From an uncultured Planctomycetota bacterium (GTDB lineage Bacteria > Planctomycetota > PUPC01), in NCBI GenBank assembly GCA_964385685.1, contig CAYLQD010000004.1:29397-93396 (forward strand): DNA of 64,000 bases, read 5' to 3'. The first letter of the stretch is position 1, and each line of letters starts with the position of its first letter. Shown here piece after piece: positions 18,534 to 28,251 of the stretch. The translations under genes and the position numbers were made by a program. The notes beneath the pieces are model-generated. The model searched no databases, was not told where the DNA came from, and saw nothing but the letters and a program-made list of their open reading frames with translations.

Positions 18534-19676
18534 TCAGCCCGGCCCGTCCCACCAATACGCCCTGAACTCCTCGAGGGCCCTGCAGACCGCCTCCACGTTC
18601 TCGGGCGGCGTCGGCGGGTAGATGCCGCAGACAAACGACAGGCCGCCCTCGGGCGCCCCAAGCGTCCGCACTTCTTGTTCGATCAGGTCGTGGATCTCTC
18701 TCGGCGTCCCGAACGGCACGATCGTCTGGCGGTCGATGTCCAGGTTGATGCAGCAACGGCCCTTCATCGTCCTCGCGATCTCGTCGATCCCGTTACACAG
18801 GTCCTGCGGGTTCAGGATGTCGACCCCGCAGTCGAGCAGGTCGTCGACCAGTTCGATGATGTGACCGTCGGTGTGGGTGTCGATGATGATGCCCGCCTCG
18901 CGGACCGGCCCCATCATCCGCTGGTACGCGGGCACGATCCACGTGCGGAAGCCGGCCGGGCTCAGAATTGATGCTGTCTGTGTGCCGATGTCCTCGGGGA
19001 ACGAGATCACGTCGACGCCGGCCTTGATGAACTCGCCGACGATGACGTTGTTCCGCTCGACGATCATGTCGATCAGATCGTGGAGGCGCGGCTCGCCGGT
19101 CGCGATGTCCAGCATCAGGTTCTCGAATCCGCGGAGGTACCAGAGCCGCATCAGGAGGCAGCCGTGGTCGAGCCCGACCCGCGTCAGTTCGCCATTCGCC
19201 TTGCGGTCTGAGATGCCGCCGAGCAATTCAACGAGATCGCGCTCGCGGCGGTCAGAATAGCGGTAGGGATCCGGCGCGCGGAAGCCATCGAACTTCGCCC
19301 AGTCGTCAAGCGGATGCTCAGTCACCCAACCCTCGATCCCGGGCACGTCGAACTGCCAGACCGCCCCCCAGGGGTCCGGCTGTTGCGACCCGGGTTCCGG
19401 CCCCGGTTCCCACGTATCCCAGTCGCGGCTTGGCGTCTTGAAGTCCGGGAAGATGTGCGGATGGCGGGCGCAGATATCGTCCAACTCACGGCCCAGCTCG
19501 TGCCACGACGCGTGGGAGATGCTGACCGACGCCGGGATCCATTCGGGCCCTGTGCGGCGGACGTTGCGGATGAAATTCTCGCGGTGCGAAAGCAAGCTGC
19601 CGTCTCCAGTTGGCGGGTGTTGCTGGTTGGCGAGATTGTAGCGGCGAGCCACCCGGTCTGCAAGCCGGAGGGACAA
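18534..19676 (-). CDS. uroporphyrinogen-decarboxylase (URO-D)-like family protein
   Basis: 380 aa with overall URO-D/MtaA-like TIM-barrel signature regions (…FPEDIGTQ…, C-terminal GG…F). The assignment is by general resemblance only. Confidence 0.5.
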   Translation of the reverse strand: MSLRLADRVARRYNLANQQHPPTGDGSLLSHRENFIRNVRRTGPEWIPASVSISHASWHELGRELDDICARHPHIFPDFKTPSRDWDTWEPGPEPGSQQPDPWGAVWQFDVPGIEGWVTEHPLDDWAKFDGFRAPDPYRYSDRRERDLVELLGGISDRKANGELTRVGLDHGCLLMRLWYLRGFENLMLDIATGEPRLHDLIDMIVERNNVIVGEFIKAGVDVISFPEDIGTQTASILSPAGFRTWIVPAYQRMMGPVREAGIIIDTHTDGHIIELVDDLLDCGVDILNPQDLCNGIDEIARTMKGRCCINLDIDRQTIVPFGTPREIHDLIEQEVRTLGAPEGGLSFVCGIYPPTPPENVEAVCRALEEFRAYWWDGPG

Positions 19677-19700
19677 CTCGCCGCACGACCACGGCTCGCT

Positions 19701-20021
19701 TCAATTGATCGTGACACATCGCAAGAAGGGAATTCCGGGCACAACGATGATCTGGGCGACCATCAGGGCCAGGTTGAGCCATCCCAGGAGGAGAAGCGGC
19801 CACGCCGCCTCTTGCGGGTCGCGCTCGGCCCACCAGGTCCAGATAACCCAGGCCACGATGCCGCACGAGTGGAACGCGCAGGCGAAGAACCAGCCCATCA
19901 TTCCTCCGGGGCAGGTCCCGGTTTTCGTCGCCCAACGAGCGGCCACGGCGACGACGAGCCACAGGGTCACGTTGACGACGACCTGCAAAGCGGTCAAGAT
20001 GGACAGGGGCCTGGTGGTCAT
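19701..20021 (-). CDS. hypothetical small membrane protein (3 predicted TM helices, Trp-rich)
   Basis: 106 aa. Sits 24 nt upstream of the URO-D-like gene on the same strand. Confidence 0.4.
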   Translation of the reverse strand: MTTRPLSILTALQVVVNVTLWLVVAVAARWATKTGTCPGGMMGWFFACAFHSCGIVAWVIWTWWAERDPQEAAWPLLLLGWLNLALMVAQIIVVPGIPFLRCVTIN

Positions 20022-20098
20022 CGCATTCGGCGCCTCTTGTCGACGTCTAATTGTTCGCGTGCCCGCCGCCCGTTGTCAACCCCCGCTCGACGCTTCGC

Positions 20099-20127
20099 TT
20101 GACGGCCCGGAGCGGACGGGGTATATT
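20099..20127 (+). promoter_or_regulatory. sigma-70-like promoter candidate for argG (TTGACG-N17-TATATT), preceded by GTTGTCAAC palindrome
   Basis: TTGACG at 20099-20104 and TATATT at 20122-20127, ~30 nt upstream of the argG ATG. A 9-bp palindrome at 20072-20080 could be an operator. Confidence 0.35.
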
Positions 20128-20157
20128 GCTCGCTCCCTGCTTTACGCGAGGTGTGTG

Positions 20158-21357
20158 ATGAACGACGTGAAGAAGATCGTGCTGGCCTACTCCGGCGGGC
20201 TCGATACGTCCGTCATTCTCAAGTGGCTGATCGAGACGTATGGTGCCGAGGTGATCGCGTTCGCCGCCGATCTCGGCCAGGGCGAGGAACTCGACCCCGT
20301 CGAGGAGAAGGGCCTCCAGACCGGCGCAAGCAAGGTCTATATCGACGACCTCCGCGAGGAGTTCGTGCGCGATTTCGTTTTTCCCGCGCTTCGGGCGAAC
20401 GCGGTCTATGAGGGAACTTATTTGCTCGGGACGTCGCTCGCGCGGCCCCTCATCGCGAAGCGGCAGATCGAGATCGCGGAGGCCGAGGGCGCCGACGCCG
20501 TCTCGCACGGTGCGACCGGCAAGGGCAACGACCAGGTCCGCTTCGAGCTGACATACTACGCGCTCAAGCCGGACATCACCGTCATCGCGCCGTGGCGCGA
20601 GTGGGACTTCAAGTCGCGGACCGACCTCATCGAATACGCGAAGCAGCACGGCATCCCGGTACCCGTTACGGCCGCGAAGCCGTACAGCAGCGACCGCAAT
20701 CTGCTGCACATCAGCTTCGAGGGCGGCATCCTCGAGGACCCGTGGGCGGAGCCGCCGGCGGACATGTTCGCGCTCTCGGTCTCGCCGGAGGACGCGCCCG
20801 ACAAGCCGACGACGGTCGAGGTCGAGTTCGAGCGCGGTACGCCCGTGGCCGTCGACGGCGAGAAGCTCTCGCCCGCGGCGCTGCTCGCGAAGCTGAACGA
20901 GCTTGGTGGCGCGAACGGCGTGGGCCGCGTCGACATGGTCGAGAACCGGTTCGTCGGGATGAAGAGTCGCGGGGTCTACGAGACGCCGGGCGGGACGATC
21001 CTCCATGCGGCGCACCGCGCGGTCGAGTCGATCACGATGGACCGCGAGGTGATGCACATCCGCGACGGCCTCATCCCGAAGTTCGCTGAACTCGTGTACT
21101 ACGGCTTCTGGTACTCGCCCGAGATGCGGGCTCTGCAGGCCCTCATCGACGAGAGCCAAGCGAACGTGTCGGGGACCGTGCGCCTCAAGCTCTATAAGGG
21201 CAACGCGACCGTGACGGGCCGCAAGTCGGACCAGTCGCTCTACGATTCGGACGTCGCGACGTTCGAGGAGGACGCGGTCTACAACCAGGCCGATGCCGCG
21301 GGCTTCATCAAGCTCAACGCACTGCGGCTGCGGATTCGGAAAGCGTTGGACCGGTAG
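20158..21357 (+). CDS. argG: argininosuccinate synthase
   Basis: [11 protein letters not shown]-loop, conserved [13 protein letters not shown] motif, ~400 aa. The maximal ORF from 19705 is an upstream in-frame extension. Confidence 0.95.
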   Translation: MNDVKKIVLAYSGGLDTSVILKWLIETYGAEVIAFAADLGQGEELDPVEEKGLQTGASKVYIDDLREEFVRDFVFPALRANAVYEGTYLLGTSLARPLIAKRQIEIAEAEGADAVSHGATGKGNDQVRFELTYYALKPDITVIAPWREWDFKSRTDLIEYAKQHGIPVPVTAAKPYSSDRNLLHISFEGGILEDPWAEPPADMFALSVSPEDAPDKPTTVEVEFERGTPVAVDGEKLSPAALLAKLNELGGANGVGRVDMVENRFVGMKSRGVYETPGGTILHAAHRAVESITMDREVMHIRDGLIPKFAELVYYGFWYSPEMRALQALIDESQANVSGTVRLKLYKGNATVTGRKSDQSLYDSDVATFEEDAVYNQADAAGFIKLNALRLRIRKALDR

Positions 21358-21378
21358 CGACAGGAGCCAGGGGCATCG

Positions 21379-22197
21379 ATGGGCAAGCTGGGATTGATGG
21401 CGACGGTCGGGCGCGGCACCGATCTGGCCGCGGCGTTCAAGCGGATTCAGAGCTTCGGCATCCCGACGTGCCAGCTCCTTTGCGATTCGGGGGAGGTCGA
21501 CGAGGTCTTCGATCCCGAGAAGGTCGGGGCCGCGGTCACCGAGACCGGAATGGCGATCACGGCGGTCACGGCCGGGTTCCGGGGCCAGGCGTATAACAAC
21601 GTGGACGGCCCGGCGACGCTCGGGCTTGTGCCGCCCGACCTCCGCGAGAAGCGGGTTGCACTCGTCAAGCACTTCTCCGACGCCGTCAAGCCGCTCGGTG
21701 TGCCGAACCTCGTGCTCCACATCGGCTTCATTCCCGACGACGAGACGGACCCGGTCTATGTGTCGTTCATCGAGATGATGCAGGACCTATGCGCACACCT
21801 CGCGGCGAACGGGCAGCATGCGCTTGTCGAGACGGGCTCGGAGGTCGCGTCGGTGTTGCGGCGAACGATCGACGACATCGAGGCGGACAACTTCGGCATC
21901 AACTTCGACACGGCGAACGTGATCCTGTACGGGAAGTCGAACCCGCTCGATTGCGTCGAGCTGTTCGGCGAGCGGATCCGCGCGTGTCACCTGAAGGACG
22001 GCGTGTGGCCGGGCCCGGGCGAGGCGATCGGGCACGAGACCCCGCTCGGCGAGGGGCTCGTCAATTTCCCCGTACTCATTCGTCGAATGCGCGAGAAGGG
22101 GTTCGAAGGGCCGTGGACGATCGAGCGCGAGGTGTCCGGCGCGGAGCAGGATGCCGGCATTCGCCAGGCGATCGAGCTGCTCACCCCGCTGTTATAG
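21379..22197 (+). CDS. sugar phosphate isomerase/epimerase (xylose isomerase-like TIM barrel)
   Basis: 272 aa. Conserved Glu/His/Asp pattern (…LVLHIGF…, …HLKD…) typical of AP-endonuclease 2/xylose-isomerase-like TIM-barrel proteins. Confidence 0.8.
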   Translation: MGKLGLMATVGRGTDLAAAFKRIQSFGIPTCQLLCDSGEVDEVFDPEKVGAAVTETGMAITAVTAGFRGQAYNNVDGPATLGLVPPDLREKRVALVKHFSDAVKPLGVPNLVLHIGFIPDDETDPVYVSFIEMMQDLCAHLAANGQHALVETGSEVASVLRRTIDDIEADNFGINFDTANVILYGKSNPLDCVELFGERIRACHLKDGVWPGPGEAIGHETPLGEGLVNFPVLIRRMREKGFEGPWTIEREVSGAEQDAGIRQAIELLTPLL

Positions 22198-22253
22198 CAG
22201 GTCGCCCCCTCCGTCAGAGCCACAACCCGCGCAGGGCGTTGAGTTGAACGCCT

Positions 22254-22688
22254 CTACTCGCGTGCCGCATCGGGCTTCGTCACATGCACCCCTGCCGGCT
22301 CGGTCGCGGGCGTGCTTCTCGCGCCCGGCGTCGAGGTGAGTTCCCCCTGCTTCCTCGCCTGCTCGCGAATCCGGGACATGACACGGATGCTGTATTTCAC
22401 CCGAAGCGGCGGATTCACCGATTCCACAGCCTCGCGGACGGCCAGCGCCGCCCTTTCATCCGGAACGGTCCCGAGCACCCACAGGGTGCCGCCCTCCCCT
22501 GTGTAGCTGCCCACGGTCAGATCAGAAAGGCCGCGCACGCTGAGCGCGCTACGCACCGCCGGCTTCCATTCCTCGGCCAGGGCGAGATTGCGGGCCTGCC
22601 GCCACGCGGGGCTGTGATGGTAGAGGACGAAGAAGACCGCGAAAACAAGACCAACCGTCACGCCGATGATCTTCAGCCAACGTTCCAT
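22254..22688 (-). CDS. hypothetical membrane-anchored protein
   Basis: N-terminal TM segment IIGVTVGLVFAVFFVLY followed by a soluble domain. 144 aa. Confidence 0.45.
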   Translation of the reverse strand: MERWLKIIGVTVGLVFAVFFVLYHHSPAWRQARNLALAEEWKPAVRSALSVRGLSDLTVGSYTGEGGTLWVLGTVPDERAALAVREAVESVNPPLRVKYSIRVMSRIREQARKQGELTSTPGARSTPATEPAGVHVTKPDAARE

Positions 22689-22703
22689 GGTTTCCCTCCG
22701 GGC

Positions 22704-23081
22704 TCAGCCCGCCGTTCCGCCGTCGCCCTGCGCCGGCTCACCGCGGCTCTGGCCGTGTGCTCTCCTGTTCCGTGCGGCGATGGCGAACTGCGTGAAGTAT
22801 CGGTCGAGGTCTTCGAGGGTCGTCGAGTAGGAGTTGGCGCCGAAGATGATGTCGCAGAAGACCTCTCTCGCGCGGCAGATTTCCTTGAGCCGACCGCGCC
22901 AGCGCGGATCGGCAAGCGTGAGGTCGAAGAGTTCGAGGGCGCGCTCGACCGCGCCCATGAACAGCTTGTCGTCGCGCCCCCGCCATCGGGCGGCTCGGCT
23001 GACCTCGCTGCCGATGTTGCCGAGCTGCTCCATCAGCGTCAACTCGTACCACCGACCCGCGGCGAGTTCCGAGTGGATCAT
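22704..23081 (-). CDS. hypothetical protein (all-alpha; weak resemblance to MazG-like NTP-pyrophosphohydrolase helices)
   Basis: 125 aa. LMEQLGNIGSEVSRA and REVFCDIIFGANSY resemble the paired helices of small MazG-like proteins but lack the canonical EExxE. The function call is not secure. Confidence 0.4.
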   Translation of the reverse strand: MIHSELAAGRWYELTLMEQLGNIGSEVSRAARWRGRDDKLFMGAVERALELFDLTLADPRWRGRLKEICRAREVFCDIIFGANSYSTTLEDLDRYFTQFAIAARNRRAHGQSRGEPAQGDGGTAG

Positions 23082-23085
23082 GCCG

Positions 23086-23430
23086 CTACCTCACGAGCTT
23101 CTGGACAACGGCGACCACCTGCTCCCGGGCTCGCGGGTCGTCGACGCCTCTGGACCGGTTTCCGTGCGAGGGACGCAGATTGATCATCGAATCGAACTCG
23201 ATAAACTCGTCCCCGGTCTTGCCGGGGTACAGGTTGATGCCCCACAGATTTCGCTGGTTCGATCCCCGGTCGAGGAGGACGGCCTCCTCGTCGGCGTGCA
23301 ACTCGCCGCCGATCGCCATCACGCCTTCTTCAACGTCGACCACGGCCTTCACCATATCAAGGAAATGTGGGCTCGCCATCGCCGCCAAATCGCCCTGGGA
23401 GGTCGGCTCTGATATGATCCGAATATCCAT
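23086..23430 (-). CDS. conserved hypothetical protein
   Basis: 114 aa. Motifs MAIGGELHADEEAVLL and NLWGINLYP. It is the first gene of a three-gene minus-strand mini-operon (4- and 15-nt gaps). Confidence 0.5.
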   Translation of the reverse strand: MDIRIISEPTSQGDLAAMASPHFLDMVKAVVDVEEGVMAIGGELHADEEAVLLDRGSNQRNLWGINLYPGKTGDEFIEFDSMINLRPSHGNRSRGVDDPRAREQVVAVVQKLVR

Positions 23431-23525
23431 GCGGCGGCCAGTCTACGATGTGATCGACCGTTTCGCAAGGTCCTTGACGCGCGCGGGTCGGCCGAGGCCT
23501 GATCCTTCAGCCGCCAAATCAACGG

Positions 23526-23553
23526 TTGCCGAGCGCCGACCAGGAAGTATAAT
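23526..23553 (+). promoter_or_regulatory. sigma-70-like promoter candidate for trxA (TTGCCG-N16-TATAAT)
   Basis: TTGCCG at 23526-23531 and TATAAT at 23548-23553. An AGGAGG Shine-Dalgarno precedes ATG 23594. Confidence 0.4.
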
Positions 23554-23593
23554 CACGGTACGCCGGAAGAAATGAGCAAGGAGGAGAACTCAG

Positions 23594-23905
23594 ATGGCTC
23601 TCGAAGTAACAGATGCTAGTTTCAACGAGACGATCCAGTCGGGCGTGGCGCTGGTCGATTTCTGGGCGCCCTGGTGCGGTCCGTGCAGGACGCAGGGGCC
23701 GATCATCGACAAGGTCGCCCAGGACTATGAGGGCAAGGCGACGGTCGGCAAGCTGAACGTCGACGACAATCCCGACACCGCGGCCAAGTTCGGCGTGATG
23801 AGCATCCCGACCCTCATCGTCTTCAAGGACGGCGAGAAGGTCGAGCAGCTCACGGGTGTCCAGAGCGAAGACAAGCTGCGAGCCGCGCTCGACGCGCAGT
23901 TGTGA
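23594..23905 (+). CDS. trxA: thioredoxin
   Basis: 103 aa. WCGPC active site. Canonical thioredoxin fold length. Confidence 0.9.
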   Translation: MALEVTDASFNETIQSGVALVDFWAPWCGPCRTQGPIIDKVAQDYEGKATVGKLNVDDNPDTAAKFGVMSIPTLIVFKDGEKVEQLTGVQSEDKLRAALDAQL

Positions 23906-23923
23906 GGCGCGGCCGCTGACAAT

Positions 23924-25291
23924 TCACTTGTTCAGCTCGCGGAGCTTCTTCTCGAGCAGAATCTCGTCGTCGCGGATGAGCACGTAGCGTTCGCGACCGA
24001 TCAGCTTGATTAGCCGGCGGATCGCCTGCTCGCGGGTCTCATCGGCATTCGCCTCGTAGCGCTTCCAAAACTGGTCCCACCAGTCGGGCGGCTCGAACTT
24101 CGGGCCGTCGTGTTCTGTCGGGCGGCCGGTCTCCCCTTCCACAACGAGGCTGCCAACGTAATCGGCATCGCGGTATGTCCGGTCGATCTGCGCCCGAACG
24201 GCGGCGATGTCGCGCTCGTTCACGACGCCGTTGCTCGTTGCTTTGTAGTATTGCACGGTCACGCGGATGGGATACTTCGGATCGCGCTCGATCGCCAGGT
24301 TGTCGATCTCCGTGAACGGGCCTTCGACGCGACCGTGGCCGATGACGGCCTCTTCCACATCACTGTCGGACCTTCGGACCACGGCGCTCTCCGCGAGCGC
24401 CATCACCTTGGGCTGTGGCCGCCGCTTGTGCTTTAGCGGCACCTGAATGAGCATCACCATGTTGAGACCGGCCGGGACGGTGGCCTGGTCGCCGCCGGCC
24501 TTTTCTTCACGCACCGGTGGGCCGAAGTCGCTAAGCCGCTGCCCCGTCAAGCTCGCGCGCTGGCCGCCCTGGTTGAAGAACAACCGCTGACCCCACGTGC
24601 GGCCCGCCGCAAAACCATCGCGGACGTTGTCGATCACGGTCGCGCTCGTGCCCTCGCGCGTGGCGAGGACCGTCAGCACCGCGGGATTGCCCCTATACGA
24701 CTGATAATTAAAGACAACGGGATTGAACTCCGCCTTGCCTCGTCTGGGCACGGGAAGGAAGCAGGCCTGGGCGCTAACGAGCGCGTGCGTGTCGCGCTTG
24801 GCGAGCAGCGACGCGCCCTTCCCTTTCCACGAGCCCGGCTTGCTCAGGTGCTTCTGGAAGTTACCGAGGTATTCGCGGAGTGCGACGCGGCGGAGCGAAC
24901 GGCCGGCCTCGTTGCCGACGAGCACGAAGAACTTCTCCATACGGATGTCGGCCGTCTTGTCGGAGAAGTTCGGGTGGCGGATGACGGGCATGCACGTAAG
25001 CCGGTACTTCTCGGTCCGCGGGTCCATGTACTGCACCTGTATTGTCATGTCGGAGATATTGGGCCCGACGGCCGAGTTCTTGAAACGCCCCGTGTCCTCC
25101 CACGTGAGGTTGATGAGGTTAAGCTGATGTTTGCGGACGAGCGCCTGGGCGCGCCGGTCGCGGACCATGTTGGCCGTCGCCTGGATGACGTGCCAGTGGT
25201 CGCGTTCCGGCGCAACCCTCGCTTCTCCGGCGGACGCCGTCGCCCCTGCGACAAGGATCAGCACAACGACAAGGTATCGTTTGGCGAACAT
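23924..25291 (-). CDS. hypothetical secreted protein
   Basis: 455 aa. N-terminal signal peptide (LVVVLILVAGATASAGEA). No recognisable domain. Confidence 0.55.
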   Translation of the reverse strand: MFAKRYLVVVLILVAGATASAGEARVAPERDHWHVIQATANMVRDRRAQALVRKHQLNLINLTWEDTGRFKNSAVGPNISDMTIQVQYMDPRTEKYRLTCMPVIRHPNFSDKTADIRMEKFFVLVGNEAGRSLRRVALREYLGNFQKHLSKPGSWKGKGASLLAKRDTHALVSAQACFLPVPRRGKAEFNPVVFNYQSYRGNPAVLTVLATREGTSATVIDNVRDGFAAGRTWGQRLFFNQGGQRASLTGQRLSDFGPPVREEKAGGDQATVPAGLNMVMLIQVPLKHKRRPQPKVMALAESAVVRRSDSDVEEAVIGHGRVEGPFTEIDNLAIERDPKYPIRVTVQYYKATSNGVVNERDIAAVRAQIDRTYRDADYVGSLVVEGETGRPTEHDGPKFEPPDWWDQFWKRYEANADETREQAIRRLIKLIGRERYVLIRDDEILLEKKLRELNK

Positions 25292-25375
25292 CGCTCGTTT
25301 CTCCTTAACTTCATGGACGGTGCTCTACCCTCTTAGACGCGAGCACGACGACGAAGTTCCGACTTCTTCGCGGCT

Positions 25376-25412
25376 ACATGTTGATGAAAATGCGGAAGGT
25401 TTCGCGGCCGAA
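25376..25412. repeat. 37-bp direct repeat, left copy (ACATGTTGATGAAAATGCGGAAGGTTTCGCGGCCGAA)
   Basis: Matches 29951-29987 at 35/37 positions. On the minus strand it encodes a duplicated C-terminus …FGRETFRIFINM plus stop, identical to the end of the membrane-protein gene at 29949-30569. Confidence 0.85.
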
Positions 25413-25521
25413 GAGCGACCGAACGTGCTTGCCAAGAGCCGAGGGGGCCTCTACAATACTCCCGTCCGGCGCGACGCTGGGGCGCCCGAGTCGACAACCC
25501 ATTACGCAGGGAAGCAGTTCA

Positions 25522-28251
25522 TTGCCTGAGCAGATCAAGGACCTCGACAACCTCGAGCCCATCGATCATGCGGTGATCGCGAAGCCGCACACGCCGGCCT
25601 ACAAGATGCACCGCTACTTCGCACGGCGGCCGTGGAGCGTCTTCCGAGCGCTCATCGAGCACTACTCCAATCCTGGCAGCATTGTGCTCGACCCCTTCTG
25701 CGGCGGCGGGGTGACCGTCGTCGAGGGACTTCGGCTCGGCCGCAAGGTTATCGGCGTGGACTTGAACTCGCTGGCGACGTTCATCACGCGCATGGAGGCG
25801 ACCGACGTTGACCTCGATGAATTGCAGGCGGCCTTCGACGCGGTCGAGGCGGCCTGCCGCGAGAAGATCGAAGCGCTCTACATGACCACCTGCCCGAAGT
25901 GCGGCGAGCGTGTCGCAGCCGACTGGTTTGAGTGGAGCAACGTCGTCGAATGTCGAGAGTGCGGCCGGGTCGTGGAACTCCACCGGGCCGAGCGGGTGCG
26001 CAAGGGCGAGAAGATCGCTGGTGTGTCGGCAGGGGAGTACAAGTGCTACCACAAAGGTTGCGAGGCCGCTTGGCGCCCCTCGCAGTGTGACCGAGTCGAT
26101 CCAGTGCTCGTCCGCGTACACGTCAGGTGTCCGAGATGCAAACACCGGGGGGACTTTGGCCCAGCGGCGGATGATCTGCGATTGGCGGATTCCATTCGTA
26201 GCGACCTCGATGCGTGCATGAGGCGCGAGAGACTGTGGTACCCGGACATCGAGATGCCGGATTGGTGGGATCTGCGCCGTCCGTACAATGCGCACATCAA
26301 GCGGTTCGCCCACCTGTTCACACCTCGGAATCTGCTGGCGAACGCTGTCCTTGCAAAGAGCGTGACGGAGGGCCCTTTCGAGGGTCAGGTGCAGAACCTT
26401 CTTGTGTTTGCCTTCAGCGCGTCGCTCCGATTCACCAACCGGATGGTCTTCCGCAACCCGGGCTGGCAAGGCGGAAAGCCCATCGAATGGGCGAGCAGTA
26501 CGTACTGGCTGCCGGAAGTCTTCTGCGAAATAAACACATGGGCCGCATGGGAGAACAGACGAAGGTCGGTAACCCGGGGCAAGCAGTACTCCTGTGAGGA
26601 AATCGGGGACAAATCGGTTCTATGCGACCGCTACGAAGACCTGCGCACCGACGGAACAGCGTTTGTGTGGGCGGGCAGTTCGACCGACCTTCCGCTGCCC
26701 GACAACTCAGCGGACGTGGTCATCACCGACCCGCCTTACGGGAACAACGTCCTGTACGCCGAACTCTGCAATTTCTACTGGGCATGGGTCGGGCGTATGC
26801 TGGAATCGAACGGCCTGATCGACGACTCGGAGGAGGCCATTGTCAGCAAGAAGCATGACAAGGGACTCGCGGAGTATCGGGACCTGCTTTTCCGGGTCTT
26901 CAAGGAATGTCATCGCGTCCTCAAGCCGGGCCGATGGATGGTCATGACGTTCCACAACAAGGAGTTCCAGGTCTGGAATGCCATCCATCTTGCGGCACAC
27001 GACGCCGGGTTTGTCCTGGCCGAGCACGATGGGATGATCTACCAGCCGCCGATCAAGAACTACACGCAGACGATCCAGACCCGAAGAAGCGGTTCGATGC
27101 TCGGCGATTTCATCCTCTCATTCCAGAAGGTGGAGGGGCCGCCGGCGTTCAGGCAGATCGAGCACGCAGAGATCGGGCGGCAGGTCGAGCGCCTGGCGTC
27201 AGAAGCGGTCATGCACCATCACGGCGCCACGCTTTCGATGATATACATGAAGCTGATGCCGTGGCTTCTGAACAACAACCTGCTCGACCAAATCGGCGAG
27301 AAAGAGGTGGTTCCGTTCCTCCGCGGGAACTTCGAGGAGCGGGACGGTGTGTGGCACGTGAAGGAGGTGCAGGGGGCAGAGCTGCGGCAGGCGATGGAGG
27401 AATACAGCCGTCAGCACTACAAGGCATCCTACGAAGAACTGAACTTCGTGCCGGTTGAGGCGCGCATCGAGTACCTCGTCAAGCGCCTGCTCTACGGAAA
27501 GGGCTACGCGACCCAGGACGAGGTCCTGAACACGATCTACACGAACCTCATCAACTCAAACATGGCTGAGGCGCGCGAAATCCACTTGGTGCTCAACAGC
27601 ATAGCCCAGCTCGTGCCCCTGTCCGACGTAACGGGCGGCGGGCGGAAGAAAAAAAGCGGCCGGAAGGTCTGGCGCCTCAAGGAAGACATCGAGCGCGACT
27701 CGCTTTTCCGCGACGTAGAGGGCGCCGACGTTCAGTATCGGCTCGCAAGCTCGGAGGAATCCGACCACGACCTGGCAATCGCGCGCCTGGTCGAAATGGC
27801 GGCGATGCAAGGCATGAAAGCGCACATCGGCAAGACGGAGCAGACGAAGTACACCGAGTTCCGCATCATGACGAGCGACCTGCCGCAGCGCGTGGCGGGA
27901 ATGCCGAAGGCGGCGCGCGAAATCGTGGAGCAGATCGACGTCCTCTGGCACAATGGCGGGAAGGGGGTCGTCGCCGCGTTCGAGGTCGAGCGGACGACGA
28001 CCATCACGAGCGGGATTGACCGCTTTCGCAACCTCCTCGCGGCGGCGCCGGACATCGAGGTCGAACTGTACCTCGTTGTGCCCAAATCCCGCGCGAGGGA
28101 AGTACGGGCCAAGATTGGCTCGCCCGCCAATCGCAAGGACGGCCTTGACAAGAGAATCGGCTACATCTTTCTGGAAGACTTGAACATTCGGAATCGCAGC
28201 GCGTCCAAGGTCGATTTCGAGAAAATCAAGCACAAGGTCAACGGCAAATGA
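25522..28251 (+). CDS. DUF1156-like N6-adenine/N4-cytosine DNA methyltransferase with Cys-rich insert and ~450-aa C-terminal extension
   Basis: MHRYFARRPWSVFRALIEHYSNPGSIVLDPFCGGGVT (DUF1156-like 'WWARRP' segment plus FxGxG motif I). Downstream VVITDPPYGNNV (DPPY motif IV). Several CxxC pairs lie between (CPKCG…CRECG, CPRCKH). The maximal ORF begins at 25378, inside the direct repeat; a likelier start is TTG 25522 (GGGAAG upstream). Start uncertain. Confidence 0.75.
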   Translation: MPEQIKDLDNLEPIDHAVIAKPHTPAYKMHRYFARRPWSVFRALIEHYSNPGSIVLDPFCGGGVTVVEGLRLGRKVIGVDLNSLATFITRMEATDVDLDELQAAFDAVEAACREKIEALYMTTCPKCGERVAADWFEWSNVVECRECGRVVELHRAERVRKGEKIAGVSAGEYKCYHKGCEAAWRPSQCDRVDPVLVRVHVRCPRCKHRGDFGPAADDLRLADSIRSDLDACMRRERLWYPDIEMPDWWDLRRPYNAHIKRFAHLFTPRNLLANAVLAKSVTEGPFEGQVQNLLVFAFSASLRFTNRMVFRNPGWQGGKPIEWASSTYWLPEVFCEINTWAAWENRRRSVTRGKQYSCEEIGDKSVLCDRYEDLRTDGTAFVWAGSSTDLPLPDNSADVVITDPPYGNNVLYAELCNFYWAWVGRMLESNGLIDDSEEAIVSKKHDKGLAEYRDLLFRVFKECHRVLKPGRWMVMTFHNKEFQVWNAIHLAAHDAGFVLAEHDGMIYQPPIKNYTQTIQTRRSGSMLGDFILSFQKVEGPPAFRQIEHAEIGRQVERLASEAVMHHHGATLSMIYMKLMPWLLNNNLLDQIGEKEVVPFLRGNFEERDGVWHVKEVQGAELRQAMEEYSRQHYKASYEELNFVPVEARIEYLVKRLLYGKGYATQDEVLNTIYTNLINSNMAEAREIHLVLNSIAQLVPLSDVTGGGRKKKSGRKVWRLKEDIERDSLFRDVEGADVQYRLASSEESDHDLAIARLVEMAAMQGMKAHIGKTEQTKYTEFRIMTSDLPQRVAGMPKAAREIVEQIDVLWHNGGKGVVAAFEVERTTTITSGIDRFRNLLAAAPDIEVELYLVVPKSRAREVRAKIGSPANRKDGLDKRIGYIFLEDLNIRNRSASKVDFEKIKHKVNGK

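Noticed and set aside
20047-21720. 557-aa minus-strand ORF
   Set aside because: It is antisense to argG and the isomerase gene. argG has unambiguous conserved motifs on the plus strand.
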